DNA of 64,000 nucleotides. It comes from Waddliaceae bacterium (lineage in GTDB: Bacteria > Chlamydiota > Chlamydiia > Chlamydiales > JABHNK01). Under the pieces are notes generated by a model. That model made no database searches and was not told the origin of the DNA. It worked only from the letters and a program-made list of their open reading frames with translations. Both the position numbers and the translations under genes were made by a program. Shown here piece by piece: positions 54,147 through 63,720 of this stretch. How positions within the stretch are numbered: position 1 is the first letter of the stretch; each line of letters starts with the position of its first letter. The DNA is taken from the NCBI GenBank assembly GCA_018694295.1, contig JABHNK010000021.1, forward strand, positions 19,292 through 83,291. The letters run 5' to 3'.

Positions 54147-55151
54147 ATGAAAAAAAATGTAATCTTTGCCCTTATAACAACCAGTATAATGATAGCAGCA
54201 GCAGCCCCCGCCGAGGCAGCATATGTCGTTAGGGAAGGCAGGCTGATAAAAAAACAATACGCCGCAAAATACTCTGCCGAAGACCACTATGACCTAGGCC
54301 TTAAAGCCTTGGAAAAGAAAAAGTGGAAGAAAGCTATAGAGCAGTTCAAGGTATTGAAAGTCAACTACCCAGAAAGCACTCTCATCCCGTCGTCAATATT
54401 CTATCTGGGAGTAGCATACTTCCAGAACAACGATATCGATATGGCAAATAAACACTTCATAGCATATCTCAATATGCCCGACCATACAACTTTCTTCGAG
54501 AAAACATGGGAATTCCGCTACGCCGTAGCAGAAAAATTGCGAAAAGGTGCGCAGAAACACCTCTTCGGGCTGGAGGCTATGCCGAAAATCGTCGTAGATA
54601 GGAGCAGCGCATTAGAGATCTATGATTCTTTGATAACAGCACTTCCAGGGAAAGAAGTCGCTATAAAAGCTATGTTTTCAAAAGGACAGCTACTCGAAGC
54701 TATGGATGACAATGTCGAAGCTGCAGATGTCTATAATACCATAATACATAAACACCCCAAACATGAACTCGCAGCAGAAAGCTTCCTCGCCGTAGCACGA
54801 CTATATAAAAAACAGAGCGCTAAAAGCGCAAATAACTTCGACGTACTTCAGCTCGCCAAAATAAACGCCGCATGCTTTGCAAAGGAATTCCCTAAAAATC
54901 CAAAAACAAAAGAAGTTAACGCATTCGTTGCCGATATGGAAGAAGACTACGCGAAAAACCTTTATAATACAGGGAAATTCTACGAGAAAATAAAAAAACC
55001 AAAAGCGTCAGCACTCTACTATTTCAGAGTATTACAACAATTTCCATCGACAACAAGCGCAAAAGATTGTAATAAAAGACTTGATGCGCTACATAAAGAA
55101 GTAGCAGAATTAGAACTTCATATCGATGCAAGCGAAAACCCTTCAGCATAG
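54147..55151 (+). CDS. TPR-repeat protein, BamD/YfiO-like (tentative)
   Basis: 334 aa with signal peptide MKKNVIFALITTSIMIAAAAPAEA and TPR-like helices with the BamD-type pattern (AEDHYDLGLKALEKKKWKKAIEQFKVLKVNYPES...). There is no lipobox Cys. Confidence 0.45.
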   Translation: MKKNVIFALITTSIMIAAAAPAEAAYVVREGRLIKKQYAAKYSAEDHYDLGLKALEKKKWKKAIEQFKVLKVNYPESTLIPSSIFYLGVAYFQNNDIDMANKHFIAYLNMPDHTTFFEKTWEFRYAVAEKLRKGAQKHLFGLEAMPKIVVDRSSALEIYDSLITALPGKEVAIKAMFSKGQLLEAMDDNVEAADVYNTIIHKHPKHELAAESFLAVARLYKKQSAKSANNFDVLQLAKINAACFAKEFPKNPKTKEVNAFVADMEEDYAKNLYNTGKFYEKIKKPKASALYYFRVLQQFPSTTSAKDCNKRLDALHKEVAELELHIDASENPSA

Positions 55152-55178
55152 TCGTCGTGAAGTGACACAATATAATAT

Positions 55179-55760
55179 GTGATGATGAAATATTTTAAAA
55201 ATATAGCGCTCTTTTGTATCTTGACAATGATGACGCTCTCATGCGGTAATGGATACCAATGGGGTAGCGCCAATACGTTGTCGCATTCGTATAATACTAT
55301 ACACACTCCGTATGTCGACGGCGATAACGACGGGAAACTCACCGCCGCTATAGTTCGCGAACTTGAAACCTCGACAGGAGGACTGTCATACCAACAACAC
55401 TCTGGCGAGCTTATACTACACGTCAAGATCCTCGACTCCTACAGCGAAAATATCGGATATCGTCACAAAAAAGATGACAACGACGATAGCCTGGAAAATA
55501 TTATACAAGTGGAAAGTCGGCTCATAACAAAAGTCGAAGTGTCAATAGAAGAAACAGCTACAGGGAAAATAATCTCTGGACCAACACTAATAGATGACTC
55601 TGTCGATTACGACTATGACTTCGATAGCAACAGAACAAATCTACTCGCTTATTCATTAGGGCAGATGACGACAAATGAAAATGCTCGCGGTATAGTAGAA
55701 GATCCGCTAAATGTCGCGCTAGCACGTAAAATCGTAAGCTATATAAACCACATATGGTGA
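55179..55760 (+). CDS. putative lipoprotein (LptE-like size and position; function uncertain)
   Basis: 193 aa with signal peptide and lipobox LTMMTLSCGNG. Confidence 0.45.
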   Translation: MMMKYFKNIALFCILTMMTLSCGNGYQWGSANTLSHSYNTIHTPYVDGDNDGKLTAAIVRELETSTGGLSYQQHSGELILHVKILDSYSENIGYRHKKDDNDDSLENIIQVESRLITKVEVSIEETATGKIISGPTLIDDSVDYDYDFDSNRTNLLAYSLGQMTTNENARGIVEDPLNVALARKIVSYINHIW

Positions 55761-56188
55761 AATATATGGAAATAGATGAAGAGAAAAAAAACTTTCCTGC
55801 GAAACTAGAAAATCTGCACGACATGATGGTCTTCGTCGCCGAAAGCGCAAAAAAACAAAGCCTCGAGGATAAAAATATCGAAGAAATAATCCTCGCCGTA
55901 GAAGAAGCCGTTGCAAATATTATAAAATACGCATACCCCAACAGCGACGGTGATATAGAGATAAGATGCTCACCAGAAGGTAACTCAGGAATCGGGATAA
56001 CAATAATCATTAAAGATAAAGGAATCCCATTCAACCCACTTGAACATGACGAAGAAATCGATGTCAGCGCACCAATAGAAGAAAGGGAAATAGGAGGACT
56101 AGGAATTTTTATGATGCAAAAAATAATGGATCACGTGTTGTATTCTAGAGAAAATGATTCCAATATCCTCACAATGACGAAAAAATAA
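55754..56188 (+). CDS. rsbW: anti-sigma factor serine kinase RsbW (HATPase_c)
   Basis: 144 aa. N-box AVEEAVANIIKYAY and G-boxes DKGIPFNP, GGLGIFMMQKIMD. Confidence 0.8.
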   Translation: MVKYMEIDEEKKNFPAKLENLHDMMVFVAESAKKQSLEDKNIEEIILAVEEAVANIIKYAYPNSDGDIEIRCSPEGNSGIGITIIIKDKGIPFNPLEHDEEIDVSAPIEEREIGGLGIFMMQKIMDHVLYSRENDSNILTMTKK

Positions 56189-56591
56189 CGTCGTTCTCTT
56201 TGATGTCAAAAAGAAGCTTCTCAAGAATACGCAATATCAAAAATGAAGAATTGTATATCCCCGACGTCGAAAAAACCATCTCTAAAGAGTTAGGGGAGCC
56301 TTCAGTGTTAGAAGCTATCATCACAAACGTTACAGGACAATCCTCAACATATTGCGGAACAAGCCATATGAGAAAACGTTCGTTGAAAAGCGTTATCTTC
56401 TCAGAAGATTCAATGATATGAAACATGGCGTTGAATTCCGAAGGACGACGATTATGGAGAATAAGCTGGTCAACGAGGTCTAGAGAATGTAAAAGCTCTA
56501 AATCAACACTGATAATATCGTCGGGAGCCATATGAGAAAGACTTTCTAAACATTCATGATACGACGCTTTAAGATTTGTTGGTGCTTCCAT
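56169..56591 (-). CDS. hypothetical small acidic protein
   Basis: 140 aa, convergent with rsbW and overlapping it by 20 nt. No motif recognised. Confidence 0.4.
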   Translation of the reverse strand: MEAPTNLKASYHECLESLSHMAPDDIISVDLELLHSLDLVDQLILHNRRPSEFNAMFHIIESSEKITLFNERFLIWLVPQYVEDCPVTFVMIASNTEGSPNSLEMVFSTSGIYNSSFLILRILEKLLFDIKENDVIFSSL

Positions 56592-56737
56592 ATAATCGCT
56601 TCCCTTTTGTTGTGTTTATATCGGTTTTTATCCTATAGTAGGTATCGACATTCTACATAATTTGTTTAGCGAAAAAATTCATTGTATATAAGGTAGCATA
56701 ACCTACTACATATAAAAATATTACGGAGATAGCGCGC

Positions 56738-57940
56738 GTGTTTCGAAGATGTTATAACATTATAATTATTACTATGATAATGGCTCTTATGCCAGCCCTT
56801 TGCTACGCCGAACAGCTACACTTCTCAACGAAAGCACGGTCAGCAATCATTATGAATGCCGACACCGGAGCTATCATATATGAAAAAAAGGCCCATAAAC
56901 CCGAAGACCCTGCCAGTATAACAAAGGTGGCGTCGGCATTATATGCTCTTAAAAATATCGATAACCTCGACGTTGTCCTCGAAGGAACACAAGAAGCTAT
57001 AGGTGCTATATCGCCAGCGGCAAAGAAACATCTGAAATATACAAAACCAGCATACTGGCTGGAATTCGGCTCTTCACATATGGGAATAAAAAAAGGAGAG
57101 AAACTACATCTTCGCGTGCTCTTCCAAGGGATGCTTCTGTCCTCGGCAAACGATGCCTCAAACCTCATAGCACAATACGTTAGCGGTAGCATACCAACCT
57201 TCATGGAAGAGTTAAACATATACCTCCGCGACGAGATAGGATGTAAAAATACTACATTCCATAACCCACATGGACTATATTTTCCGGGACACCATACCAC
57301 CGCATACGATATGGCATTAATAGCCAGAGAGGCTATAAAGATACCATTTTTCCGCGAAGTTATCCTTATGACGAAATATCAGCGGCCTAAGACCAATATG
57401 CAAAAATCTACATGGATGCCCGCATTTAACAGGCTCGTTAAAAAGAAAAGCGAGCACTACTACCCTCATGCTTTCGGAATAAAAACAGGATATACCACCG
57501 ATGCACAAAATACCCTAGTGGCCGCCGCAGAAAAAGATGGAAGAACGTTGATAGCTGTAGTGTTCCATTATGACAAACGTGATAAAATGTTCGAAGATAT
57601 TATCATGATGTTTGAAACAGCCTTCCGTGAAAAGAAAATACAGAAAAGACTTCTAAAAAAAGGAATGCAAAAAGCTTCGCTGAAACTAAAAAAAAGCAAC
57701 AGAACATTAAAAGTCGCTATCGATAGCGATGTCGTCTTCGATAGCTACCCCTCAGAAGAACAAAAATTAACGGCCCTTGTACACTGGAACAAAGACATAA
57801 CACTCCCAGTCAATAAAGGACAACACGTCGGAAATATCCATATCGTCAACGAGCGCAACGAAACAATACAAGAAGTTCCACTGAAAGCAATTCACGACGT
57901 AAATATCGCATGGTATAACAAACTCAAAAGTTGGCTATAA
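56738..57940 (+). CDS. dacC: D-alanyl-D-alanine carboxypeptidase (peptidase S11, PBP5/6-like)
   Basis: 400 aa with a signal peptide. SxxK (ASITK), SxN (SSAND) and KTG (KTGYT) motifs in the right order and spacing. Confidence 0.85.
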   Translation: MFRRCYNIIIITMIMALMPALCYAEQLHFSTKARSAIIMNADTGAIIYEKKAHKPEDPASITKVASALYALKNIDNLDVVLEGTQEAIGAISPAAKKHLKYTKPAYWLEFGSSHMGIKKGEKLHLRVLFQGMLLSSANDASNLIAQYVSGSIPTFMEELNIYLRDEIGCKNTTFHNPHGLYFPGHHTTAYDMALIAREAIKIPFFREVILMTKYQRPKTNMQKSTWMPAFNRLVKKKSEHYYPHAFGIKTGYTTDAQNTLVAAAEKDGRTLIAVVFHYDKRDKMFEDIIMMFETAFREKKIQKRLLKKGMQKASLKLKKSNRTLKVAIDSDVVFDSYPSEEQKLTALVHWNKDITLPVNKGQHVGNIHIVNERNETIQEVPLKAIHDVNIAWYNKLKSWL

Positions 57941-57945
57941 AATAG

Positions 57946-58175
57946 TTCGGAATTAGGAGTAGGATTTTTCACCACAGAGCCACAGAGAACACAGAGAAAG
58001 AATGCAATCTGGCTGGGGGTCTCCCCCAGACCCCGTTAGGAAAGAAAAATAATGAATGCAGATTAATGAATGCTGAATATTATGCCCTCGGGGTTCTAGG
58101 GGTGAAACCCCTAGCCCGCCCTATTTCTCTCTGTGTTCTCTGTGGCTCTGTGGTGAAAAATCCTGTCTTCTGAAG
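57946..58175. repeat. Family-A MITE-like element, copy A4 (internal modules inverted relative to A2)
   Basis: TIRs GGAATTAGGAGTAGGATTTTTCACCACAGAGCCACAGAGAACACAGAGAAAG / TTTCTCTCTGTGTTCTCTGTGGCTCTGTGGTGAAAAATCC. Hairpins CTGGGGGTCTCCCCCAG and CTAGGGGTGAAACCCCTAG. The right ~55 bp are read as the last ~18 codons of ksgA. Confidence 0.85.
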
Positions 58176-59035
58176 CTTTCATGGCTCTGTTTTTCGTTAT
58201 CAATAATCAAAATTTGAAAGATGTTCACGAAATCTTCAAGAGAAAGCTCTTCAGGGCGCGCCGTAGAAGGCTTCCCTATCGATTCCAATGCTGCCATGAT
58301 ACTTTCACTAGAATAATACTCTTTCAGCGACGACCTTAGCATCTTACGTCTTTGTAAAAACGCTTCACGGACATGCCCTAAAAGCTCTTCAGAAAGAAGA
58401 GGTTCGTCACGGAACTCTAACGACAATGCCGCCGACGATACCTTCGGACGGGGATAGAAACACGAATTTTTTATCGTGAAAGAATATTTCACGTGACAGT
58501 AGTTCTTCAAGAAAACTGAAAGAAAGGAATAATTCTTGTCGCCAGGACGCGATACCGCCTTGCTGGCAACATCATCCTGGACGATGAAGACGGCACAAGA
58601 GAAAATATCACGCAAAGCGATACATCTCTGTAACAATGGCGTTGTGATGCTATAAGGTATGCTCGCAACGATCTTCGCCTTGGCACCACCACGAAGAAGA
58701 GGGGATATATGCGCCGTAATGTCGGTGGTAAGAGCGTCGTCGGCGACGATGTGAAGCCTGTTGTCAGCGGTCTGCAGGCGTGTAAGCGCCCTAGCAAAGA
58801 CGTCATCTTTCTCTATGGCAACGACGGTAGCACCACGACACAAAAGCTCTTCAGTGAAAACACCAGGACCAGAACCTATCTCTACAATAACATCATCGGC
58901 AATAACAGCGGCAATGTCGATACTGTTTTTGACGATGTTACCATCGACGAGGAAGTTCTGCGACATGCTTCTTTTTGCTTGAACACCGACATCATCGAGA
59001 AAATCTTTTAGGTCGCTAAGACGATATAAAGGCAT
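58121..59035 (-). CDS. rsmA: 16S rRNA (adenine1518/1519-N6)-dimethyltransferase RsmA/KsgA
   Basis: 304 aa. SQNFLVD and VVEIGSGPG SAM motifs. The C-terminal tail ...RRQDFSPQSHREHREK is encoded by repeat A4. Confidence 0.85.
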   Translation of the reverse strand: MPLYRLSDLKDFLDDVGVQAKRSMSQNFLVDGNIVKNSIDIAAVIADDVIVEIGSGPGVFTEELLCRGATVVAIEKDDVFARALTRLQTADNRLHIVADDALTTDITAHISPLLRGGAKAKIVASIPYSITTPLLQRCIALRDIFSCAVFIVQDDVASKAVSRPGDKNYSFLSVFLKNYCHVKYSFTIKNSCFYPRPKVSSAALSLEFRDEPLLSEELLGHVREAFLQRRKMLRSSLKEYYSSESIMAALESIGKPSTARPEELSLEDFVNIFQILIIDNEKQSHESFRRQDFSPQSHREHREK

Positions 59036-59047
59036 TAAAACTCGGGT

Positions 59048-60085
59048 TTAAAGAATAAAAGGTTCGAAGTTTTTAGGGATCCCAGCGAGGAAGCGATCTT
59101 CGTTGAAACCATAGCGCTTCATTAAAGATGCCATATATAGCTCCGTCTCCTCGGCAATAGCAGCATTGTAAAGATGGTTCTTTAGCCCTTCCTCGATGTC
59201 GGAAAATATTATTGGCTCCGCAACAACATGCTCCTTAAGAAAGAAAATCCTATATACAGGAGAATGGTCTCCACCTTTTTGGTGCTTTATAGGCTCGCTG
59301 TATTCACCAGGAGATAGAGAAATAAGAGCCTCTTTATACGACGACGATAACATATTATCACTATGATGGAATTCGGCGGAGACCTTTACCTCAGTAGAAT
59401 CTTCAATAAGACCGCGGCTAGAAAGCTCCGAAGAAAGCTCTTCAAAAGATACCCCCTCTTCAGTGAGAAGAATATTCGCTATAGTGGCATTGGCAATAGC
59501 CTTGCCATTGTTACTGTCGCGGATAGAAAGAACACGATAAGTCCATTCGTCATTTTGTGGGTTGTCAAGAAGATATCCTTCGAAAGCACGACGAAGGTCT
59601 TGCGGCGACGTCTTGTTCATCGCTTTAGAGTGTACAGCATATAACATCATACGACGTACCATAATGTCTTCATGGATCATCGACCACGCCTCATTATATG
59701 TCATGCCAAGCTGCGAGACGGCCTCTATAGCGTTGGAGCCAAACATGTCTTCAAGCTCCTCGCGGATGTCACCATCGCTTATAACGATCTTCTTGTCAAG
59801 AGCATCGGAGAGAACAAGCTCTTTGTCAACCATATCCCGAAGAATATATTGCCAGTTTGCCATATAAAATTGATAGCGGGATTCAAGAGAGTCAGTATGC
59901 TCAGGGAACTCTCGAGAAAAAATAACGTCCATCTTGTCGGCAATGTCCATGACAGTGATGGTTTTGCCGTTGACTTTCGTTAAAATGCGATTGTTGACGC
60001 CAATGTCCTGAGAAGCAAAAAGTGCTGGCGTAACAAAAAACACCATAACACTAATGATATACAATATAACGATACCCTTTTTCAT
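59048..60085 (-). CDS. SurA-like periplasmic chaperone / PpiC-type peptidyl-prolyl isomerase family protein
   Basis: I prefer ATG 60085, preceded by AAGGAG 8 nt upstream (MKKGIVILYI... signal peptide). SurA-N-like region (ILTKVNGKTITVMDI) and a degenerate parvulin-like C-terminal part. Confidence 0.5.
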   Translation of the reverse strand: MKKGIVILYIISVMVFFVTPALFASQDIGVNNRILTKVNGKTITVMDIADKMDVIFSREFPEHTDSLESRYQFYMANWQYILRDMVDKELVLSDALDKKIVISDGDIREELEDMFGSNAIEAVSQLGMTYNEAWSMIHEDIMVRRMMLYAVHSKAMNKTSPQDLRRAFEGYLLDNPQNDEWTYRVLSIRDSNNGKAIANATIANILLTEEGVSFEELSSELSSRGLIEDSTEVKVSAEFHHSDNMLSSSYKEALISLSPGEYSEPIKHQKGGDHSPVYRIFFLKEHVVAEPIIFSDIEEGLKNHLYNAAIAEETELYMASLMKRYGFNEDRFLAGIPKNFEPFIL

Positions 60086-60209
60086 AAAAGCCACTCTCCT
60101 TGTCATAGATAAATGATGCTATAGTATAAAATACCGTCACGATAATAGCAAGACAAACGAAATTATATCGCAACAGTTTAGAAGACATCTAAGGCTCTGG
60201 TGGCGAGTG

Positions 60210-60962
60210 TCAGTCATAGTAATTTTCGTATAAAACTTTCCCCAATCCAAGGGTAGAAGCAGTGAGAGTAAAAGCAGAAGAAAGTAATGAGGGATAAAGA
60301 CCTCCTGCCGAGACAATTTCCGCTAAAATAACGGGGAAAACTTTTATTGTAGATAAAAATAAGCAAGAGACTTCTATTTTATAGTCTGGATTGCGCTGCA
60401 TAGCCTGAAGAAACACTATAGGATTGCGCGCCTCAGAGACTGCAACTCTTGTGCGCTCATTGAGCTTTTCGAGGTTTTTAATAAAATGAACGCTTTCGGA
60501 CGTTGTGTCGAAGAAAGAAAAACCTTGCCCTATAGATTTTTTGGTACGAGCACTTATTTTTATTATCTCAGCAGAAGATAGCCAAAAAACAAGGCTAAGT
60601 GTTGGTGCTAAAAAATCAACACAGTCTAATACGATTGTTCTTATGAAAGTTGAGGAAAAATAAGAGGGCTTATCGAAAGGTTTTAAAACATTAGGGTATG
60701 AAAAAAAACGTATAGTGGTATGCGCTGCACCGAAAAAGTTGCGGTTTCTGGAAAAAGAAGAGCAAGAGCTAAAACGAGGAACCGCTGCTAATAAACCGAA
60801 AAAATCCTTCGCGAACTTTGCTGTCTTCATAGTGTTCTTAGAAGTAGAACAAGCGACTCCACAGGCATTGATGGAATTCTTAAGGGCAGTAGTAAATTTA
60901 CAGCATAAAGTTGCAGGGAAACTTGAGGAAACACGATCTGCTGAAGCATCTCTAAATGCCAC
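60210..60962 (-). CDS. hypothetical membrane protein, possibly Inc-like
   Basis: 250 aa, GTG start, Ser/Phe-rich. The C-terminal hydrophobic pair VFPVILAEIVSAGGLYPSLLSSAFTLTASTLGLG is bilobed-like. Coding status is less certain. Confidence 0.35.
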   Translation of the reverse strand: MAFRDASADRVSSSFPATLCCKFTTALKNSINACGVACSTSKNTMKTAKFAKDFFGLLAAVPRFSSCSSFSRNRNFFGAAHTTIRFFSYPNVLKPFDKPSYFSSTFIRTIVLDCVDFLAPTLSLVFWLSSAEIIKISARTKKSIGQGFSFFDTTSESVHFIKNLEKLNERTRVAVSEARNPIVFLQAMQRNPDYKIEVSCLFLSTIKVFPVILAEIVSAGGLYPSLLSSAFTLTASTLGLGKVLYENYYD

Positions 60963-61030
60963 TGATAATATACCTTATAAAAACGAATTGTAAAAACATA
61001 TGATAGAAGATTGGCAGGGAAATGTACAGC

Positions 61031-61073
61031 AAAAAAATAAAAAAAATGCCGGCGAAGATTTCTTCACCGGCAT
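61031..61073 (-). terminator. Rho-independent terminator after ORF 61097-61987
   Basis: Minus-strand read ATGCCGGTGAAG-AAAT-CTTCGCCGGCAT followed by a T-run. Confidence 0.7.
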
Positions 61074-61096
61074 ATATAAAAAATGCTTAAAAACGA

Positions 61097-61987
61097 TTAT
61101 GCTGTTGCCGCTTCTTCTTCAGCATTTTTTCTTTTATTATAGTCTTGGGAGAGTATCGAGACGCAACCCATGATACCGGAAGCGGCATAAAGACCATTTG
61201 CTGTATTGAAAGAAGTGAGTACATTAAGGAAATTGCTCTTTTTCGCTGTGAAGACAAGAGCGGCAGTGTCGACAGTGTTTTTTATGAAAGAGATAAGTTC
61301 ATTTCCGATGTTTCGTACTTTATAGATAGTACTGTGCTTTTCCGTGTCGTGTAGAATGTTGGAAACTGCTTTCACGTTGAGCAATAACGCCGATGTTAAC
61401 GATGCGAGGGCACTGCAAGATAGAGTAAGGCCTACAGCACTGGCCTTCTTCCCCAAATCTATTATTTTTATAGATTCGAGCCAACGCAGTGAAGCGCAGT
61501 TTGTCGCTATTGCAGCACATGTTCCGCGGAAAGTGCTGACAATTCCTTCTTTAGAGCTACCGTCTTCTGTGAAAAGTTTCGAAAAGGTGAAACGTTCTTT
61601 GTCAAACCATTTGCCGTCCTTTTTAAAGAACATCGTTTCCTTGAAGGAGTCGGCAAATTTTATTGCGGAGCGTCCGCTTTTCATCAAAGCAGCCGATTCA
61701 GAAGAAGGATTAGATATAAGAAGAAAAGGAAAGATACTCTTAAACAAGCGTTCTCGACCTGAAGCAGTTCCAGCAATAAGCCCCAAAGCAGAAAAAATCT
61801 TGTCAGCAACAAAGCCTACAGCTTTAAAAGGTGTAGTAACGACAGTGATACTATGACCAAAAAACGTTTCAGGAGAACGAGGAGCTTCATCAGTCGCTAG
61901 TGCTACTGTTATATATGCTGCAGGATTATCAGTTCTTGTTGTGTTTCCTTCTGTAGGGTTGGGTTGTATGCCAGCTTTGGTGACCAT
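61097..61987 (-). CDS. Inc-like membrane protein paralogue 1
   Basis: ATG 61987 preceded by AAAGGAGAAATCATT (MVTKAGIQPN...). Shares the IIDLGKKASAVG / ...EEEAATA pattern with 62144-62896 and 63049-63720. Confidence 0.55.
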   Translation of the reverse strand: MVTKAGIQPNPTEGNTTRTDNPAAYITVALATDEAPRSPETFFGHSITVVTTPFKAVGFVADKIFSALGLIAGTASGRERLFKSIFPFLLISNPSSESAALMKSGRSAIKFADSFKETMFFKKDGKWFDKERFTFSKLFTEDGSSKEGIVSTFRGTCAAIATNCASLRWLESIKIIDLGKKASAVGLTLSCSALASLTSALLLNVKAVSNILHDTEKHSTIYKVRNIGNELISFIKNTVDTAALVFTAKKSNFLNVLTSFNTANGLYAASGIMGCVSILSQDYNKRKNAEEEAATA

Positions 61988-62084
61988 AATGATTTCTCCT
62001 TTAAAAGTTGTTAGCAAGACGTTTAAAAACGATACTAGATTATAAAAACACATGAAAAATGTAAACGTAAATGTATCTCATAAT
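61988..62084 (-). promoter_or_regulatory. conserved ~95-nt upstream region of Inc-like paralogue 1 with putative sigma-70/66-type promoter
   Basis: Aligns by eye with 62897-62984. The minus strand reads TTTACA-N15-TATAAT (-10 at 62039-62044), then a ~45-nt leader ending in AAAGGAG. The spacer is short, so this is tentative. Confidence 0.4.
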
Positions 62085-62115
62085 AAAAAAAAAGCTCTCT
62101 TAACTAAAAGAGAGC
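62085..62115 (-). terminator. Rho-independent terminator after ORF 62144-62896
   Basis: Minus-strand read GCTCTCTT-TTAGTT-AAGAGAGC followed by T9. Confidence 0.7.
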
Positions 62116-62143
62116 CATAAAGATCAAAAAATAGTTATAGAGA

Positions 62144-62896
62144 CTATGCCGCTTCTGTTGCCATTTCTTCTTGTCCTTCTCTTAGATTTTCTAAATCTTT
62201 ATTAAGAAAAACAGAGATACATCCAATGGATCCTGAGAACAAGCCAAAAGCACAAGCAGCAGGAAGAGCAACGGCAGGTGCCGTCTCTGCAAAGATGAAG
62301 TAGAACATATTTGCAATCTCTGATACTATAGCAACAGATTGTACTGAAGCAGTGAACTTTCTCTCTTCACCCCGTTTGTCTCGAATCGTTTTGTATAAAT
62401 CGCTCGCGTTTATTATCGCTTTTAAGCCATGCGCAACAGAGGCAGTACCAATTACAGCGCCTCCTATCTTAGAAGAAGCTTTGCCAAGGGAGATGATAGC
62501 AAGCTTTTCGATGACGAGCATAAAACAAAAAATATCGGCAACGGTTACAGCAATACGAGCACATACGTTGACAAGGCCTTCTCTTGGAATCTCTTGCTCT
62601 TCAGCTTCTTTAGTGAATAGATTTTTTGGAATGCCGATGCTCTTAGTAGACCACCATTTATAGTCTTCAAAAACATCACCACAACAAATTACATCGTGGG
62701 TGTGAGAAGCATACTCCACTGCTGTTTTAAGCTTTAAATCATGAAAAAAACCAGTGAAAAATATTAAAAGGCTTTTCATGCCATCACGTTCGCCAGAGAT
62801 AGTGCATGAAGGAGATACAAGAGTATTAAAGAAGGAGAATGCTTCCCATTTTAACGGAAAACTTGTTTCCCATTTTAATTGTTCGCTTTGACTCAT
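62144..62896 (-). CDS. Inc-like membrane protein paralogue 2
   Basis: 250 aa with ATG preceded by AAGGTGAAATCGTT. ISLGKASSKIGG, KFTASVQ and the bilobed hydrophobic MFYFIFAETAPAVALPAACAFGLFSGSIGCISVFL. Confidence 0.6.
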   Translation of the reverse strand: MSQSEQLKWETSFPLKWEAFSFFNTLVSPSCTISGERDGMKSLLIFFTGFFHDLKLKTAVEYASHTHDVICCGDVFEDYKWWSTKSIGIPKNLFTKEAEEQEIPREGLVNVCARIAVTVADIFCFMLVIEKLAIISLGKASSKIGGAVIGTASVAHGLKAIINASDLYKTIRDKRGEERKFTASVQSVAIVSEIANMFYFIFAETAPAVALPAACAFGLFSGSIGCISVFLNKDLENLREGQEEMATEAA

Positions 62897-62984
62897 AACG
62901 ATTTCACCTTAAAAGTTGTTGGCTAGATATTTAGAAACAAAACTAGAGTATAAAAACGCATGAAAAAGGTAAATGAAAATATAC
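62897..62984 (-). promoter_or_regulatory. conserved upstream region of Inc-like paralogue 2 (TTTACC-N15-TATACT + leader)
   Basis: Homologous to 61988-62084, as seen by eye. Confidence 0.35.
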
Positions 62985-63019
62985 AAAAAATGCCCTTCTA
63001 AATAAATATTAGGAGGGCA
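62985..63019 (-). terminator. Rho-independent terminator after ORF 63049-63720
   Basis: Minus-strand read TGCCCTCCT-AATATTTATTT-AGAAGGGCA (one G-U pair) followed by T6. Confidence 0.6.
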
Positions 63020-63048
63020 CCATAAACAAAAAAATGATAAATATTTTT

Positions 63049-63720
63049 TTATACTTGTTTTGTTTTTTCTTCTACTACTACTACGACCTTTTGGTTTTTC
63101 AACACATCGACGTAGTGAGCATCAGCGTGAGCTAGTGCTCCAGAGACTATTCCGAAAAAAGCAGCTCCAGGAATTCCTCCGCCGAAACATGCGAAGAGGA
63201 AATATGTTACTTGAGTAGCTTTCGTTGCCACCGACAGAAATTGAACACGAGCAGTGAACTTCCAGCCTACTTTCTTTTCGCTGATAGTATTGCATAGCTC
63301 TTTAGCTTTCATAGCACCTATTATGCCATAGGCAACGGATCCCGTGACGCCTATAGTGTGTACCATCTTTTTAGCAGTGCTTTTGCCTAGAGATATAAGC
63401 TTGGTACTGCTGACGAAAAGGACGGTATTAACAACGTCGGCAATGCTGCCGTTAATGCCAATACTTAGATTGGTAACGTTTTTTTCTTTTTCTTTTAAAA
63501 ACTTGTAGTCGTCACGAAGGTCTGCTAGACAAACTAGCTCTCGGATAAAATTAAAGAATGTTGCTACTACTTTATTGTTGGTAGCCTCAGCACACCAGCG
63601 AACAACTTGTAAATCACCTTTAATGATAGTACGGTTTTTTTCAGAAGAAGCTTCATGAAAGAAACTTTTTATCTGTGCCGTTTGTATGCCAATTTGTTGT
63701 ATTGTTGCTGATGCGTTCAT
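63049..63720 (-). CDS. Inc-like membrane protein paralogue 3
   Basis: I chose ATG 63720, preceded by AAAGAGGAATTTATT (MNASATIQQ...). ISLGKSTAKKM, KFTARVQ and the bilobed VTYFLFACFGGGIPGAAFFGIVSGALAHA. Confidence 0.6.
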   Translation of the reverse strand: MNASATIQQIGIQTAQIKSFFHEASSEKNRTIIKGDLQVVRWCAEATNNKVVATFFNFIRELVCLADLRDDYKFLKEKEKNVTNLSIGINGSIADVVNTVLFVSSTKLISLGKSTAKKMVHTIGVTGSVAYGIIGAMKAKELCNTISEKKVGWKFTARVQFLSVATKATQVTYFLFACFGGGIPGAAFFGIVSGALAHADAHYVDVLKNQKVVVVVEEKTKQV

